Positions 62,395 to 64,000 of a stretch of DNA of 64,000 bases are shown here, in pieces (positions within the stretch are counted from its first letter, which is position 1; each line of letters begins with the position of its first letter). The stretch is taken from assembly GCF_044704955.1 (NCBI RefSeq), contig NC_091991.1, positions 31,930,001 through 31,994,000 on the forward strand. Direction: 5' to 3'. The notes beneath the pieces are model-generated. The model made no database searches. It was given only the letters and a program-made list of their open reading frames with translations, and was not told where the DNA came from. A program made the translations under genes and the position numbers. Source of the DNA: Pristiophorus japonicus. Its lineage: Eukaryota.

Positions 62395-62812
62395 ACATAG
62401 AATGTACAGCACAGAAATCGGCCATTGAGCCCAACTGATCCATGCCAGCGCTTATGCTCCACATGGGCCATCTCCCACCTTACTTCAACGAACTCTTCTA
62501 TTCCTGCCTGCCTTATGTGTTTATCTAGCTGCCCCTTAAATGCATCTATACTATTCGCCTCAACCACTCCACGTGGTAGCAAGTTCCACATTCTAACCAC
62601 ACTCGGGGTAAAGAAGTATCTCCTGAATTCTTTTTTGGATTTACTAGTAACTATCTTCTGTTTGTATCCTCTGGTTTTGGATTCTTTCCTCCCCCCTCCC
62701 CCCATAAGTGGAAATATCTTCTCTGCATCTCTATCGAACCCCTTCATAATTTTAAAGACCTCTATTCGGTCAACTCTCAGCCTTCTCTTCTCGAGAAAAA
62801 AGCCCCAGCCTA
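62395..62812 (-). mobile_element. CR1 3' fragment
   Basis: DLIEVFKIMKGFDR..FRRYFFT..VVRMWNLLP remnant and tail. Confidence 0.8.
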
Positions 62813-63576
62813 TTCAGTTGAACTATTTTTGATGTTACACCATGAGAACTCTCTGCAAAGGTAAGCTGAAGGGCATCACTTCTGGTAAGGCAGCACTCCC
62901 ACAGTACCACATTGAAGTATTAGTTTAGACTTACTTGTGCCAAGTCCTAAGGAAGGGACAATGTTCTAACGGAGAATTGAGAGTCCTGCTGTAGCAGCAA
63001 AACTAAGATCTATTTATTCGTGAAAGCCTTTTGGAGGGGGGGGGGGGCTGGGGGGCTTTGGAGATTTTGTTACTTGTTGGCACTTAAAACAATTTAACTC
63101 TTAATCATGTTTGAGCGGTGGACCTAGAATCATAGAATAGTACAGCACAGAAAGGAGGCCACCGAGTCTACACCAGCTCTTTCGAGCAATCCAGTTACTC
63201 CCACTTTCCCGCTCTAATTGACAGTAATTTGAGTATTTTTCCTTTTCTTTTGAAAAATCAATTTGTAATTTTTATAAACTTGTGAGTAATGTTCCCTTTT
63301 AACTTATTTTTTGGGTGCGCGGCCCCTTCAAAATTACCGCACTTGTGCAGTTTTTCTTATTTAAAAGCTGGTGGCGCTATGCGGCTACGCTTAAAGGAAG
63401 CATTGCTTGTGAACATTTAAAATGTCCAAAATAATATGTATCTAATATGCCCAAAACAGCCTTTTATATTGGCATTTATCCTGAATACAACAGATAACTA
63501 TACACTTGTGGCAGAATAAGTGTTTTGTTCAGACTTGGTAATTGAAAATCTGTTTTCATTATTACTGTCGCTGCAG

Positions 63577-63671
63577 ATGGCATTTTTAGATCATAGAGGA
63601 CTGCGTAATAATAGTCCGAAAGTGCGAAGTAGGACAGCGTATCTGTTCTCCAGGTTCATTAAATCGTTAAA
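63577..63671 (+). CDS. XPOT: XPOT coding exon 14 (the gene continues beyond the window)
   Basis: MAFLDHRGLRNNSPKVRSRTAYLFSRFIKSL(N), 95 nt, cag|ATG and AA|gtaagt. Confidence 0.96.
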
Positions 63672-64000
63672 GTAAGTAATTCCTCTCACATTCCTGCATT
63701 TTAAGTCTCTTTCCATCTTTCTGCTGTTTTTATTTTATCTTTAGTCCTCAGTGACATATAATAGCAAAATTATTTGTCATGGAGCAGACATTTGTTTACA
63801 AGTTAAATTCATCAAGAGACCACAAACCCATGTTCTGAGTTCCTAATCGTTCTCACTACATTGCAGTGCCTGGTGGAATCCAGGTGCGCCCCATCACGAG
63901 CTGTGGCTGTACACCTTCTGGAGGCCTACTCCTGATATTGGTGAGGCCGAGAAGCAAATTCTTGCCAGCCCTCGCTCTTGCAGTGGCCCAAGGAAAGAGG

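Overview
This is vertebrate nuclear DNA, most likely from a cartilaginous fish; that is inferred from the repeat landscape (HER1-like CR1 LINEs, SacSINE1-like DeuSINEs, RTE and L2 LINEs, Penelope-like remnants), not from any label. Three spliced protein genes can be read. (1) Coding exon 1 of a C12orf56 homologue on the minus strand (8729-8983), running off the left end. (2) A complete 5-exon RPL18A on the minus strand (14391-22523, 176 aa) with a TCT/5'TOP start and a SNORA68-like H/ACA snoRNA in intron 1. (3) Fourteen coding exons of XPOT (exportin-T) on the plus strand (32138-63671), continuing past the right end, with a CpG-island promoter near 30300-30680. Most of the rest is decayed, often nested, transposon sequence, CT-rich simple repeats and three assembly gaps; the longest ORFs in the track are low-complexity artefacts. 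The best leads are an atypical shifted-register 5' splice site in XPOT (ACA|GTTGAGTAT), a decayed duplicate of the XPOT leader with third-position-biased divergence, a uORF-rich XPOT leader, a Penelope-borne minimal hammerhead motif with an intact core, SNORA68 in intron 1, and RPL18A lying between C12orf56 and XPOT. I see no convincing wholly new multi-gene system. Homology calls rest on remembered reference sequences, not on searches, and repeat boundaries are approximate.
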